Part shown: positions 38,256-48,408 of the stretch, piece by piece
Position numbering within the stretch: position 1 is the stretch's first letter
How the letters are laid out: each line of letters opens with the position of its first letter
Position numbers and translations under genes: made by a program
The notes under the pieces: generated by a model
The model's database searches: none
Told to the model about the DNA's origin: nothing
What the model saw: the letters and a program-made list of their open reading frames with translations, nothing else
From: Candidatus Krumholzibacteriia bacterium
Lineage (GTDB): Bacteria > Krumholzibacteriota > Krumholzibacteriia > LZORAL124-64-63
Assembly (NCBI GenBank): GCA_963848505.1
Contig: CAWKEB010000002.1
Coordinates: 911,239-975,238, forward strand
Direction: 5' to 3'
Length of the DNA: 64,000 nt

Positions 38256-38570
38256 ATGCCCCAGTTCGTCTACCGTCTGCAGCCCGCGCGTCCGGGAATG
38301 CTCAGCGACGGCCCGACCGCCGACGAGGAGCGCATCATCGGCGAACACTTCGCCTACCTGCAGGACCTCTCCGCCCGGGGCATCCTGAAGCTGGCCGGGC
38401 GCACCCTGACCACCGGGCCGGAGACGTTCGGCATCTGCATCCTGGTTGTGGCGGACGAAGCCGCGGCCCAGGCGGTGATGGCCGCCGACCCGGTGCTCAG
38501 GCACGGGGTGATGAAGGCCGAGCTGTTCCCGTTCCACATCGCGTTGTGGGGCAGCGCGCCGACGGACTAG
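38256..38570 (+). CDS. YciI-like family protein
   Basis: 104 aa. The pattern resembles YciI-related domain proteins. Confidence 0.55.
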   Translation: MPQFVYRLQPARPGMLSDGPTADEERIIGEHFAYLQDLSARGILKLAGRTLTTGPETFGICILVVADEAAAQAVMAADPVLRHGVMKAELFPFHIALWGSAPTD

Positions 38571-39019
38571 GGCTCCGCGACGATGGCCGCGGCGATGCGC
38601 CGGGCCTCCTCGGGCGTGAACGCGCCGGCGATGCAGGCGCGGCCGCCGGTGATGGGCGAGCGGATCACCGGAGCGTTCATCAGCTGTCCGTTGACCACGA
38701 TGCCCAGCCGCCGGCCGACGTGCTCCTGGCTGACGGCGGCCAGGAGCTGCGCGCCGGCTGCGTTCATGGTGACATCGACGATCCAGTGCCCGCGCTCGCC
38801 GGCCCGGGCCGAGGCCGCGGCGATGGACCGCTGGTCCAGCAGCACCTCCGGCGACACGTAGTACTCCTGGCCGCCGGCGGCGGGCAGCCGCGCCCAGCCC
38901 GCGAGGGAATCGGCGGAAGCCAGGTGGAAGGTGACCCGCAACGGCGCGGTGGGGGCGGGCTGGCCCCGGGCGAGGCCGGTGGCCAGGGTCACACCGAGCA
39001 GGATGGCGGCGATTCTCAT
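38567..39019 (-). CDS. small secreted protein with SecD periplasmic-head-like motif
   Basis: 150 aa with signal peptide and GGGAG RBS. The C-terminal segment LGIVVNGQLMNAPVIRSPITGGRACIAGAFTPEEARRIAAAI closely resembles the conserved SecD motif (…DG.VISAPVIQ..ITGG.A.I.G.FT.EEA..LA…). Confidence 0.45.
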   Translation of the reverse strand: MRIAAILLGVTLATGLARGQPAPTAPLRVTFHLASADSLAGWARLPAAGGQEYYVSPEVLLDQRSIAAASARAGERGHWIVDVTMNAAGAQLLAAVSQEHVGRRLGIVVNGQLMNAPVIRSPITGGRACIAGAFTPEEARRIAAAIVAEP

Positions 39020-39181
39020 GACGGCTCCCTGGGGGCTTGGCGGCGGCCGGTCCATGCTCCCGCGGGCCGGACCCGGTGTCAATACCCGCTGTTGCCGCCC
39101 GCTGGTTCGTGACGCCGTCGATTCCGCCTTGCCTGCCGATTCCACCTTGCCTGCCGGGCCGCCCGCGGCGATCCTGACCCC

Positions 39182-40189
39182 ATGCGTCGCAACGTCCTGA
39201 TCGTCCGCCACGACCGCATCGGTGACGCGGTCCTGGCCACCCCCCTGCCGCGGGAAATCAAGCGCGCCTGGCCGGACGCCCGGGTGGGCGTGCTGGTGCG
39301 CGGCTACACCCGCGACATCTTCGCCCACGATCCCCACGTGGACACGATCCTGACCGACGACTTCACCCCGGCCACGCGTGGCCCCAGCTTCTGGGCCCGG
39401 GTGCGCGAGCTGCGCCGTCACCGCTTCAGCCACGGCCTGATGCTGTTGGCGGACCAGCGCATCGCCTACCTGCTGGCCGCGGCGGGCATCCCGGTGCGCG
39501 TGGGCCACGGCATCACCCTGTACCACGCGCTCTCGCTGACCCGCCCCGTGCTGACCCGCAAGCGGCGCCCGGGCCGGCACGAGGGCGACTACTCGCTGGA
39601 CCTGCTGCGGGCCGTGGGGATCGAGCCGCAGGACGCGCAGCCGGCGATCGAACTGAGCGCCGGCGAGCGCCTGGTGGCCGCCGGCCGTCGGGACGAATGG
39701 GACGGCGCCGGCCGCCGCCTGGTGGGGATCCACACCACCAGCGGCAAGTCGGCGCCCAATTGGACGGCGGACGCCTGGGCCGAACTGGCGGCGCTGCTGG
39801 CCGCGGAGCCCTCGCTGCGGGTGGTGGTCACGGACAACGAGGTGCCGCGGGCGCTGGCCGAGCTGCCGGGCGTCATCCGCCCCAACCTGCGCGCCCCCCT
39901 GCGCACGGCGCTGGTCAACCTCGCGGCGCTGGACCTGCTGGTCTCGGCCAGCACCGGACCCATGCACCTGGCGGCGGCCGTGGGGGTGCCCACCCTCTCG
40001 CTGTTCTGCCCCCTGCCGGCCTGCGCGCCCGGCCTCTGGGGTGCCCGCGGCCCGCGCGCGGTGGCCGTCACCCCGTCGGCCGACTACTGCCGCACCCGCT
40101 GCCCCGGCGATCCCCACGTCTGCACCTTCGCCGGCAGCGAGGAGATCTCGCCGGCGGCCATCGCCCGCCGCGTGCTGGCGTTTCCCTAG
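39182..40189 (+). CDS. glycosyltransferase family 9 (LPS heptosyltransferase-like)
   Basis: ILIVRHDRIGDAVLATP at the N-terminus. GT9 pattern including HTTSGKSAPNW and the C-terminal STGPMHLAAAVGVPT. Confidence 0.75.
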   Translation: MRRNVLIVRHDRIGDAVLATPLPREIKRAWPDARVGVLVRGYTRDIFAHDPHVDTILTDDFTPATRGPSFWARVRELRRHRFSHGLMLLADQRIAYLLAAAGIPVRVGHGITLYHALSLTRPVLTRKRRPGRHEGDYSLDLLRAVGIEPQDAQPAIELSAGERLVAAGRRDEWDGAGRRLVGIHTTSGKSAPNWTADAWAELAALLAAEPSLRVVVTDNEVPRALAELPGVIRPNLRAPLRTALVNLAALDLLVSASTGPMHLAAAVGVPTLSLFCPLPACAPGLWGARGPRAVAVTPSADYCRTRCPGDPHVCTFAGSEEISPAAIARRVLAFP

Positions 40190-40197
40190 CAAGAAAA

Positions 40198-40220
40198 GGC
40201 CCCCGGCCGGGCCGGGGGCT
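40198..40220 (-). terminator. stem-loop terminator for the PhoU-like gene
   Basis: GCCCCCGGC-CGG-GCCGGGGGC. In the minus orientation it is followed by CTTTTCTTGC. Confidence 0.45.
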
Positions 40221-40253
40221 TCACGGGGCAGGCAGGCGCAGGAGGTCTGGCGC

Positions 40254-40928
40254 CTACTTGCCGGGTTCGTCGTAGAAGTCGATCAGGTCGACGGGCATCA
40301 CCACGGTGGTGGCGATGTTGCTCATGTGCGCCACCAGCCGCTTGAAGAAGCGCAGCACCAGCACGATGCAGACGGCGTCCTGGGTGCGCATGTCGCTGGT
40401 GGTGATGATGCGGATCTGGGCCTCGTAGGCGCGACCCTGGGCCCGGGCCAGCTTGATCACTTCGCCGGCCATCTCGCCGTTGCTTTCGGCGAAGGCCTGG
40501 CGTGCCTTGGCGTGGATCTCGGTGATGGCGGAGGCCGGCCCGGCCAGGTGCTGCCGGTAGAGCTCCAGGTCGGGCTCGGCCGGCATCATGGCGCGGATCT
40601 CGTGCAGGTTCTTCACGTAGTCGCCCATGCGCTCGGCGTCCTTGACCACGTTCATGCAGATCAGCGCCGTGGGCACGTCCGCGCCGCCGGTGGTGGCCGA
40701 CAGCCGCGACACCACGCGCCGGCGGATCTTCCGCTCCAGCTTGTTGATGCGCTTGTCGCGGTCGTAGATCTTCTCCTGCGGGTCGTCGTCGGCCGCGCCG
40801 TCGATGATCACCGCGACCGTGTACGCGAACATCTTGCCGCTGAGCTCGAGCATCTCGGAGATCTTCTCCACCAGCTCGTTGCTCCAGTTGTCGGCCCGGA
40901 ACAGGTCCAGGATCGATCCGAACTTCAT
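40254..40928 (-). CDS. PhoU-domain protein associated with Na/Pi cotransporter
   Basis: 224 aa, helical. Immediately downstream of the Na/Pi cotransporter gene on the same strand. Confidence 0.6.
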   Translation of the reverse strand: MKFGSILDLFRADNWSNELVEKISEMLELSGKMFAYTVAVIIDGAADDDPQEKIYDRDKRINKLERKIRRRVVSRLSATTGGADVPTALICMNVVKDAERMGDYVKNLHEIRAMMPAEPDLELYRQHLAGPASAITEIHAKARQAFAESNGEMAGEVIKLARAQGRAYEAQIRIITTSDMRTQDAVCIVLVLRFFKRLVAHMSNIATTVVMPVDLIDFYDEPGK

Positions 40929-40944
40929 GATTCCCTCCGTCGGG

Positions 40945-42114
40945 TCAGGAGCCCCGCAGGACCTTGTCGATGATCACGAACACCAGGGGCAAGACGAAGA
41001 ACACGCCGAACATGTAGGCGAAGGCGAACCAGCGCCGCTTCATGGACTGCGCCGCCAGCCCCTTGGCCAGACCCAGGGGAATGCGGCGCAGCAGCGGCAC
41101 CGGGTAGATGATGATGATGCCGGTGACGTTGAACAGCAGGTGGACCAGGGCCACGGTCACCGCCTCGGGCGAGCCCGTGAGCGAGGCCAGCAGCGCCGTC
41201 ACCGTGGTGCCGATGTTGGCGCCCAGGGTGGCGGCGAAGGCCGCTTCCAGGGGCACGATGCCAGCGCCGATCAGCGGCACCAGCAGGCTGGTGGTGATGG
41301 AGCTGCTCTGCACCGCGACGGTGACCACCAGGCCCATCACCATGGCGCCCAGGCCGCTCTTGCGCACGGTCTTGGTGAAGGCGCCCTCGGCGCGGTGCAG
41401 CACCAGCCCCTTGAGCAGCTTGGTCAGGAAGGTCAGGGCGAAGAAGATGCCGACCAGGGCCAGGATGATCATCAGGATCGCGGCCGCGGTGTCGGCCATG
41501 GCCAGGGTGTCGGACAGCAGGTGCTTGGTGGCGCCGAGGGCGGGCTTGATGACGGTCTTGACCGGGTTGGGGAACTCGGTGCCGTGCGAGCCCACCAGGT
41601 GGGTGCTCAGCCAGGTGGCCGTGCGCTGCAGGTAGTGGGTGGCCTGCTCGATGGGGAACAGGATGGCGATGGTCAGCAGGTTGAAGAAGTCGTGCATCGT
41701 GGCGCCGGCGAAGGCCCGCTGGAACTCGGTCCGCCGGTTCATGGCGGTCATGGCCACCATGGTGTTGGTGACGGTGGTCCCCATGTTGGCGCCCATGATG
41801 ATGGGCACGGCGTTGGTCACCGTCAGCGCGCCGCCGGCGACCATGCCCACCACGATCGAGGTCGTGCTCGACGAACTCTGGATCAGCGAGGTCGCCAGCA
41901 GGCCGATCATCAGCCCGATCACCGGATTGGTGGTGGTGGCGATCAGCTGCTCGCTGAACCCCTTGCCCAGCATCTTGAAGGCCACGCCGAAGAGGGCGAT
42001 GGCCCACAGGAAGATGTAGAGCAGGGCCAACAGGATGAGCGCGTTCAGCAGGTTCTGAACCAGCGGCGATCGGGCGTGGGGCTGAGGCGCCCTGGTGGCC
42101 TCGGGGGCGGACAT
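40945..42114 (-). CDS. Na+/phosphate cotransporter (NptA/type II Na/Pi family)
   Basis: Multi-TM protein with the duplicated GANMGTTVT / GANIGTTVT motifs. GGAG RBS. Confidence 0.8.
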   Translation of the reverse strand: MSAPEATRAPQPHARSPLVQNLLNALILLALLYIFLWAIALFGVAFKMLGKGFSEQLIATTTNPVIGLMIGLLATSLIQSSSSTTSIVVGMVAGGALTVTNAVPIIMGANMGTTVTNTMVAMTAMNRRTEFQRAFAGATMHDFFNLLTIAILFPIEQATHYLQRTATWLSTHLVGSHGTEFPNPVKTVIKPALGATKHLLSDTLAMADTAAAILMIILALVGIFFALTFLTKLLKGLVLHRAEGAFTKTVRKSGLGAMVMGLVVTVAVQSSSITTSLLVPLIGAGIVPLEAAFAATLGANIGTTVTALLASLTGSPEAVTVALVHLLFNVTGIIIIYPVPLLRRIPLGLAKGLAAQSMKRRWFAFAYMFGVFFVLPLVFVIIDKVLRGS

Positions 42115-42517
42115 GAGGCTCCGATCTGCCGCCGCGGGGGACGGTCGCGCCGAGGGCGGAACTGGGGCGGCCGCGTGGCCATCTCGACCGGGCGCAAACC
42201 TATCGGCACGGCATCCGGGGGTCAAGGCTCGTTTGACACGATTGTGACGCCGATTTTACCAAAATTGCAGTCACATGCGGCCACATGCGGAGATGTGAGG
42301 ACCAGGTCGGCCGGGCAATTCCTGCCACCCGACCGGCATCGGCGTGTCCAGGCGCGCGCGGCCCCCGACAGCACACTGCGCGCAACCGCTTGCCGGACAG
42401 GCGGTAGGAGGCTCACAGGGGCCACCCGCAACGGGTCTCCTTTTTGCATCAGGGCCGAATTGGGTTATGGTGGGGGCCGTCATTCCCCATTCTGACCCTT
42501 CGAGGAGGCGTTCCGGC

Positions 42518-43078
42518 ATGGCCATCCTGAAAGTTGCCCGCATGGGGCACCCGGTATTGCGGCAGGAGTGCAAGCCCATCGATCCCCAGGCGATCACCGG
42601 ACCCGAGGTCCAGCGCCTGATCCGGGACATGTTCGAGACGATGGTCGAGTACAACGGCGTCGGGCTGGCCGCGCCCCAGGTGCATCAGCCGGTGCGGCTG
42701 GTGATCGCCGGCGGCGAGGCCGACGACGAAGGCCGCCCCAGCTTCCGGATCCTGATCAATCCGGAGATCACCGTGCTGGACGAGAGCCTGCTGGGCATGT
42801 ACGAGGGCTGCCTCTCGGTGCCGGGCCTGCGCGGCTGGGTCGAGCGGCCCCAGGGCGTGAAGGTCAAGGCCTACGACGAGAAGGGCCGCCTGGGCGAGTT
42901 CGTGCTCGAGGGATTCCCCGCCGTGGTGATCCAGCACGAGTGCGACCACCTCGACGGAGTGCTCTACGTCGACCGCATCGAGGACACCACCCGCTTCGGC
43001 TACGAAGAGGAAGCGGACCGGTTCTTCGAGCTGGTGGACGAGGAACTGGAAGACATGGACGACCCGGACGACGATTGA
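42518..43078 (+). CDS. def: peptide deformylase
   Basis: GAGGAGG RBS. Motifs GVGLAAPQV, EGCLSVPG and HECDHLDG are present. Acidic C-terminal tail. Confidence 0.9.
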   Translation: MAILKVARMGHPVLRQECKPIDPQAITGPEVQRLIRDMFETMVEYNGVGLAAPQVHQPVRLVIAGGEADDEGRPSFRILINPEITVLDESLLGMYEGCLSVPGLRGWVERPQGVKVKAYDEKGRLGEFVLEGFPAVVIQHECDHLDGVLYVDRIEDTTRFGYEEEADRFFELVDEELEDMDDPDDD

Positions 43079-43103
43079 GCCGGGTCAGGGAGGGAATGCA
43101 CCG

Positions 43104-43481
43104 ATGGACAACGCCATTCTGCAGCAGACGGTCAAGGCCTTCAACCTGCGCCGCTTCGACCTGGCGGCTCGCCACACGGCCGAGGGCCTGGCCGGCGCCC
43201 AGGGCCGCGACGAGGCCTTCTGGATGGGCCTGAACGAGGCCTGCGAGGGCTACGCCCTGATCATGCGCGCCGAGCTGGAACAGGCCGAGCCCAAGCTGGT
43301 GGCCTCGATGCAGAAGCTGCGCAACTTCGGCTTCCGCTACGAGAACTTCGAAGTGACGGCCACCCTGGCCGGAGTGCGCCTGGCCGTCGAGGAGATCCGC
43401 GCGGTGAAGTCCCGCCGCAAGCGCGTCTTCGACGTCAGCCTGCTGCCGCAGATGCGTCTGGCGGCCAAGGCGGACGACTAG
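43104..43481 (+). CDS. hypothetical protein
   Basis: 125 aa open frame 25 nt after def. No family recognised. Confidence 0.4.
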   Translation: MDNAILQQTVKAFNLRRFDLAARHTAEGLAGAQGRDEAFWMGLNEACEGYALIMRAELEQAEPKLVASMQKLRNFGFRYENFEVTATLAGVRLAVEEIRAVKSRRKRVFDVSLLPQMRLAAKADD

Positions 43482-43593
43482 GCTCCCGCCGACACCGCGT
43501 TATCGTTGACGAAACTGGCGGCCGGGCCGTTTGGGGCTAATCTTTGGGGCTGACACGCGACCCGGTCAGAAACCCCAGCCCGACGGTGCGCCC

Positions 43594-44685
43594 ATGCTGC
43601 CAGCCAGCCACCCCCTCGCCGACATCGCCCGCAAGGTCGAGGCCGGCCAGCGCCTCGACTTCGCCGAAGGCCTGCGCCTGGCCGAGAGCCACGACCTGCC
43701 CGCCCTGGGCGTCCTGGCCCACCAGGTGCGCACCCGGATGCACGGCGAGGACGTCTACTACAACGTCAACCGGCACCTGAACCCGACCAACGTCTGCTAC
43801 GTGGGCTGCGAGCTCTGCGCCTACGGCGACGATCCCAACGCGCCCGACGCCTGGAGCTACTCGCCCGCCGAGTGCGTCGAGTTGGCGCGCAAGGACTTCA
43901 CGCCCCAGGTCAACGAGTTCCACATCGTGGGCGGCCTGCACCCGCGCTGGAAGTTCGCCGTGTACCTGGACATCCTCAAGGCCCTGAAGGCCGAGTTCCC
44001 CACGGTGCACCTGAAGGCCTTCACCATGGTGGAGATCGACTTCCTGGCCAAGATCGGCAAGCTGCCCGTGCCCGAGACCATCGCCGCGCTGCGCGATGCC
44101 GGACTGGACAGCTGCCCCGGCGGCGGCGCCGAGATCTTCGACCCGGAGATCCGCGACCAGATCGCCTCGAAAAAAATGAGCGGCGCGCGTTGGCTGGAAG
44201 TTGCGGGCCAGGTCCACGAGTCCGGCTTGAAATCCAACTGCACGATGCTCTTCGGGCACATCGAGAAGCCCGTCCACTGGGTGGACCACCTGGTCAAGCT
44301 GCGCGAGCAGCAGGACAAGACCGGCGGCTTCCAGTGCTTCATCCCCCTGGCCTTCCACCCGGCCAACACCAAGTACGACATGCTGCCGGGCCCGGATCTG
44401 ACCATGAAGCTGAAGGTGATCGCCCTGTCGCGCCTGCTGCTGGACAACGTGCCCCACGTGAAGGCCTACTGGGTGATGCTGGGCCGCGAGGCCGCCCAGG
44501 TGGCGCTGCGCTTCGGGGCCAACGACCTCGACGGCACGGTGATCGACGAGCGGGTGACCTACGCCGCCGGCGGCTCGGCAGGCAAGGGCATGACCGTCGC
44601 CGACATCCAGGCCTTCATTCGCGGTGCGGGGCTGCGGCCGGTGCTGCGCGACACGCTGTACAATCCGCTGGAGGCCGTGGGCTAG
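43594..44685 (+). CDS. radical-SAM menaquinone (futalosine pathway) enzyme, MqnE/MqnC family
   Basis: The CxxxCxxC cluster motif sits in the context NVCYVGCELCAYG, typical of the CofH/MqnC/MqnE group. Length 363 aa. Confidence 0.7.
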   Translation: MLPASHPLADIARKVEAGQRLDFAEGLRLAESHDLPALGVLAHQVRTRMHGEDVYYNVNRHLNPTNVCYVGCELCAYGDDPNAPDAWSYSPAECVELARKDFTPQVNEFHIVGGLHPRWKFAVYLDILKALKAEFPTVHLKAFTMVEIDFLAKIGKLPVPETIAALRDAGLDSCPGGGAEIFDPEIRDQIASKKMSGARWLEVAGQVHESGLKSNCTMLFGHIEKPVHWVDHLVKLREQQDKTGGFQCFIPLAFHPANTKYDMLPGPDLTMKLKVIALSRLLLDNVPHVKAYWVMLGREAAQVALRFGANDLDGTVIDERVTYAAGGSAGKGMTVADIQAFIRGAGLRPVLRDTLYNPLEAVG

Positions 44686-44707
44686 ACCCGCTCCATTTGA
44701 TATGAGA

Positions 44708-44750
44708 AACCGCCCAAGCGTCATATAACGCCTGGGCGGTTCCTTTCATC
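44708..44750. terminator. bidirectional stem-loop between convergent genes
   Basis: AACCGCCCAAGCG-TCATATAA-CGCCTGGGCGGTT, with T-rich flanks on both strands. Confidence 0.5.
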
Positions 44751-44774
44751 AAACTTCGCCAGCCGTTGCCGGCG

Positions 44775-46310
44775 TCAGTTCGCCAGCGGCTTCATGGTCA
44801 GCGGATCCCGCAACGGCAGCAGCTGCGGTTCGCCGCCGGCCAGTCCCGAGATGCTCACATCATGCTTGGGATCGCCGGCCTTCGCCTCGTCCAGGTCGCC
44901 GACCACCAGGAAGGTCATCCTGGCCGGGTCGAGCAGGCGCCGGGCCACCCGCTGCACGTCGTCGGCGGTGACGGCGTTGATGCGGCCGGCGTACTCGCGG
45001 TAGTAGGCGGCGTCCCGCGCGTACCGCCCCGTCAGCTCGTCCACCGCCAACGCACCGGCGATGGAGCCTGCGGTCTCGAATCCCGCCGGCAGCGATTCGA
45101 TGAAGCTGGCCTTGGCCAGCGCCAGCTCGTCGTCCGACACCTTCTCGTCGCGGATGCGCGCGATCTCCTCCAGGGCGATGCTCACGGCGAAGGCCGTCGA
45201 GTTCACCTTGGTCTGGAAGGCCACGCGCCAATCCTCGGGGTAGTAGACACCGGCGGCCAGGGACGAGCGCACCGAGTAGGCCAACCCCTCGTCCGAGCGG
45301 ATGCGACCGACCAGGCGCGAGCTGAAGCCGCCGCCGCCGAGGATGTCGTTCATCACCAGGGCGGCGTACCAGTCGGGGTCGTAGCGGTCCAGCGCCGGCA
45401 GGCCGAAGGACACGCGGGCCTGGTTGACATCCTTGTCCACGGCGAACCAGCCCACCGGCGGCGCGGCCGCCGGAGCGGGGGGGACGCCGGGGTTGGCGGC
45501 CTGCCACGGCCAGTCGGCGAATGCCTTTTCGAGGGCCTTCTTCATGGCGCCCTTGTCGAAGCTGCCGCTGACGGCCACGATGAAGTTCTGCGGCCCCACG
45601 TAGGCGCGGTGCAGCGCGGTCAGGTCGGCCTGGACGAGGCCGCCGACCGAGGCCTCGGTGGTCCAGCGGTTGGCCCAGTGCTCGGGACCCTCGATCAGCA
45701 GGCTCCACTCGCGGCGCTCGATGCCCGCGGTGTCGTCGTTGCGCTCCTTCATGCGCTGGATGGCGCGCTCCTTGGCCAGCTGCAGGCGATCGTCCTGGAA
45801 GGCCGGCGTCTTGAGGCAGTCGAGCAGCAGCGCCAGACCCGCGTCCAGATCCTTGGCCAGCAGGTTCAGGGTGACCCAGGACTCGGCCGGGCCGGTGCGC
45901 ACGCCGCCCATGCCCATCATGCCGCGGCGGCCGCCGCCCATGCCCGAACCCAGGTCGGCGCCCAGCGCGGCCAGGCGATCCTCCAGCGCGGCGGCGTCCA
46001 GCGCCTGCGTGCCGCCGGAGGTCAGCAGGTCCATCATCAGGCCGGCGGCGCCTTCCTTGCCCGCCGGATCCTGGTCCGGACCCAGGCGCAGCAGCACCGA
46101 GATGTTGACCAGGGGCAGCGACGCATCGGGCACCAGGTAGGCCGTCATGCCGTTCTTCAGGGACGTGCGGTAGTCCTTGGCCAGGGGCGCGTCGTACTTC
46201 AGGGCCGGGAAAGACAGCTCTTCCGGGCGCGCGGGGATCTCGCCGGCGACCGCGCCGGCGACAAGGACGACGGCCAGCAGCGCCGCCGTCAGGTGCGTCA
46301 GGCTGCGCAT
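44775..46310 (-). CDS. M16-family peptidase, non-catalytic partner subunit (no HxxEH)
   Basis: 511 aa with signal peptide. M16 fold but the inverted zinc motif is absent. Its ATG overlaps the TGA of the upstream M16 gene (ATGA). Confidence 0.75.
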   Translation of the reverse strand: MRSLTHLTAALLAVVLVAGAVAGEIPARPEELSFPALKYDAPLAKDYRTSLKNGMTAYLVPDASLPLVNISVLLRLGPDQDPAGKEGAAGLMMDLLTSGGTQALDAAALEDRLAALGADLGSGMGGGRRGMMGMGGVRTGPAESWVTLNLLAKDLDAGLALLLDCLKTPAFQDDRLQLAKERAIQRMKERNDDTAGIERREWSLLIEGPEHWANRWTTEASVGGLVQADLTALHRAYVGPQNFIVAVSGSFDKGAMKKALEKAFADWPWQAANPGVPPAPAAAPPVGWFAVDKDVNQARVSFGLPALDRYDPDWYAALVMNDILGGGGFSSRLVGRIRSDEGLAYSVRSSLAAGVYYPEDWRVAFQTKVNSTAFAVSIALEEIARIRDEKVSDDELALAKASFIESLPAGFETAGSIAGALAVDELTGRYARDAAYYREYAGRINAVTADDVQRVARRLLDPARMTFLVVGDLDEAKAGDPKHDVSISGLAGGEPQLLPLRDPLTMKPLAN

Positions 46311-48076
46311 CACTGGACCTCCTTCTGCAGGGCGGTGAGTTTCTCCTGGCCCTTGGCGCGCACGTAGTCGAGCGCGGGCTTCATCTCGGCCGGCATGCGG
46401 GAGCCCATCTGCTCCAGGCGGGCGAGCATCTCCTCGACCTCGGCCGCGGTGGTCAGCCCGTCCAGGCGCGTCAGCGAACGCTGGACCATCTGCTTGGCCT
46501 GGGGATCGAGGCCGGCCAGGGCCGGGTCCTCGGGTTCGGCCGAGGCCAGGCGGGTCCAGATGGCCACGGCCCGGTTCTCCTTCGTGAAATACTGCTTGGC
46601 CACGCGCTGCACATCGTCGGTGCTGACGGCCTGGATCGCCTGGTCGATGCGGTCGGCGTCGCGCCACGAACCCTGGGCCTCGGCCGAGCCGTAGCGGATC
46701 ATCTGGAAGAAGTTGCCGTCGAGGCGCCGCCAGGTGCTGGTCAGGTAGCGGTTCTTGACCGCCTGCAGCTCCTCGGCGCTCACGGGCGCGTTCTGCAGCT
46801 TGGCGAGTTCGGCGTGCACGGCCCGCTCCAGCTCCTCGGGCGTGCGGCCGTCCTTGCACTCGGCCTCGATCTCGAACATGCCCTCGTACTTGCGCGAGTC
46901 CTGGCCGGCGCGGGCGCTGGTGGCCACACCCTGCTCCAGCACCAGGTTGCGCTTGAGGCGGCCGGTGTCGCCGTTGAGCAGCTCGGCCAGCACCATCAGC
47001 GCGGGGGTGTCGCTGTGCACGTTGGCCACCGTGTGCCAGCGGGCGGTGACCGCGGGGTTGGTCTCGGCCTCGCCGTAGAAGCGCTTCTCGGCGTGCTGCC
47101 GCGGCTCCATGGTGATCATCGCCGGCGGCGGGGTGGCGCCGCGCGGGATGCGGCCGAAGTACTTCTCGGCCATGGCGACGGCCTGCTTCGGCTCGAAGTC
47201 GCCCACCATCACCGCGCAGATGTTGTTGGGCGCGTAGAAGGTGGCGTAGTAGTCGTCGGCGTCCTGCTTGGTGATGAAGGGCAGGTCGCTGGCGTAGCCG
47301 ATCACCGGCCAGGTGTAGGGGCTGGCGTCCCAGAACATGGCGTCGAAGCTCTCCTGGAACTTGCCCAGGGGCGTCGACTCGACGCGCAGGCGGCGCTCCT
47401 CGTACACCACGTCGCGCTCGGAGTAGAACTCGCGGAACACGGGGTTCATCAGCCGGTCCGACTCCATCCAGAACCACAGCTCGAGTTTGTTGGCCGGCAC
47501 GGTCATGATGTAGAAGGTCATGTCCTCGCTGGTGAAGGCGTTGAGGCGCGAGGCGCCCTCGCGGGACAGCACCTGGTCGAACTCGTTCTTGACCATGTTG
47601 TCGCGCTGCAGCGTGACCAGCGAGTCGAATTGCGCCTCCAGCTCGCGGAAGCGGGGCGTCTTGGCGTCGGGCCCGCTGATGTCGGCGAGCTCGCCGCGGC
47701 GCAGGCGCTCGCGCTGCAGCGACATCTCGGCGCGCATCTGCTCCTGCACCTGCTCCTGCTCGTCGATCAGCCGCCGGTCCAGCTCGTAGTCGCGGGTGCC
47801 GATGGTGTGGGTGCCCTTGAACATCATGTGCTCGAAGAGGTGGCTGATGCCGGTGATGCCCGGCCGCTCGTTGGCCGAGCCCACCTTGGCCACCCAGCCC
47901 ACCGCCACCGTCGGCGACAGGTGCCGGGGCACCAGCAGCAGCTTCATGCCGTTGGCCAGGACGTGCTCCCGGACCGCGGGGGCGGCGGCTTGTTCGGCCG
48001 CCAGCGTCGGCAGCGCCAGCAGGGCCAGGCCCAGCAGCGCCAGGACGGCGGCAGTTCGTGCAGGGGACGGAAACAT
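46310..48076 (-). CDS. M16-family zinc peptidase (pitrilysin-like), catalytic subunit
   Basis: Signal peptide. Inverted zinc motif HLFEHMMFKG (HxxEH). GGAGGAAG RBS. Confidence 0.8.
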   Translation of the reverse strand: MFPSPARTAAVLALLGLALLALPTLAAEQAAAPAVREHVLANGMKLLLVPRHLSPTVAVGWVAKVGSANERPGITGISHLFEHMMFKGTHTIGTRDYELDRRLIDEQEQVQEQMRAEMSLQRERLRRGELADISGPDAKTPRFRELEAQFDSLVTLQRDNMVKNEFDQVLSREGASRLNAFTSEDMTFYIMTVPANKLELWFWMESDRLMNPVFREFYSERDVVYEERRLRVESTPLGKFQESFDAMFWDASPYTWPVIGYASDLPFITKQDADDYYATFYAPNNICAVMVGDFEPKQAVAMAEKYFGRIPRGATPPPAMITMEPRQHAEKRFYGEAETNPAVTARWHTVANVHSDTPALMVLAELLNGDTGRLKRNLVLEQGVATSARAGQDSRKYEGMFEIEAECKDGRTPEELERAVHAELAKLQNAPVSAEELQAVKNRYLTSTWRRLDGNFFQMIRYGSAEAQGSWRDADRIDQAIQAVSTDDVQRVAKQYFTKENRAVAIWTRLASAEPEDPALAGLDPQAKQMVQRSLTRLDGLTTAAEVEEMLARLEQMGSRMPAEMKPALDYVRAKGQEKLTALQKEVQ

Positions 48077-48408
48077 CGCTTCCTCCAGCGGTTCGGGAGC
48101 AGTCGGCCGGGAACGGGGCCGGAGCATGGTAACCGATCCGCGAGCTCACGGAAACCGCATAGCAGGCAAGTATGGGCCTCCGACGCCACTCCTGTGAATT
48201 TCCGCCACAATCACACCCGCCTGTGGTGATTCCACCACGCCTTCAGGGCCCCCCGGGACGGTGTCGCGGCTATGTTATTTCGTAGTTACACAACGAGTTA
48301 AGATCGTCATGTCCAATTCCCGCCCCCGGGAACAGTCCATGCCTCCATGCGGACGAACAACGACCGATCACCCCGCCGGCGCTGCCGGCACTCCGAGGAG
48401 GCAAGACC

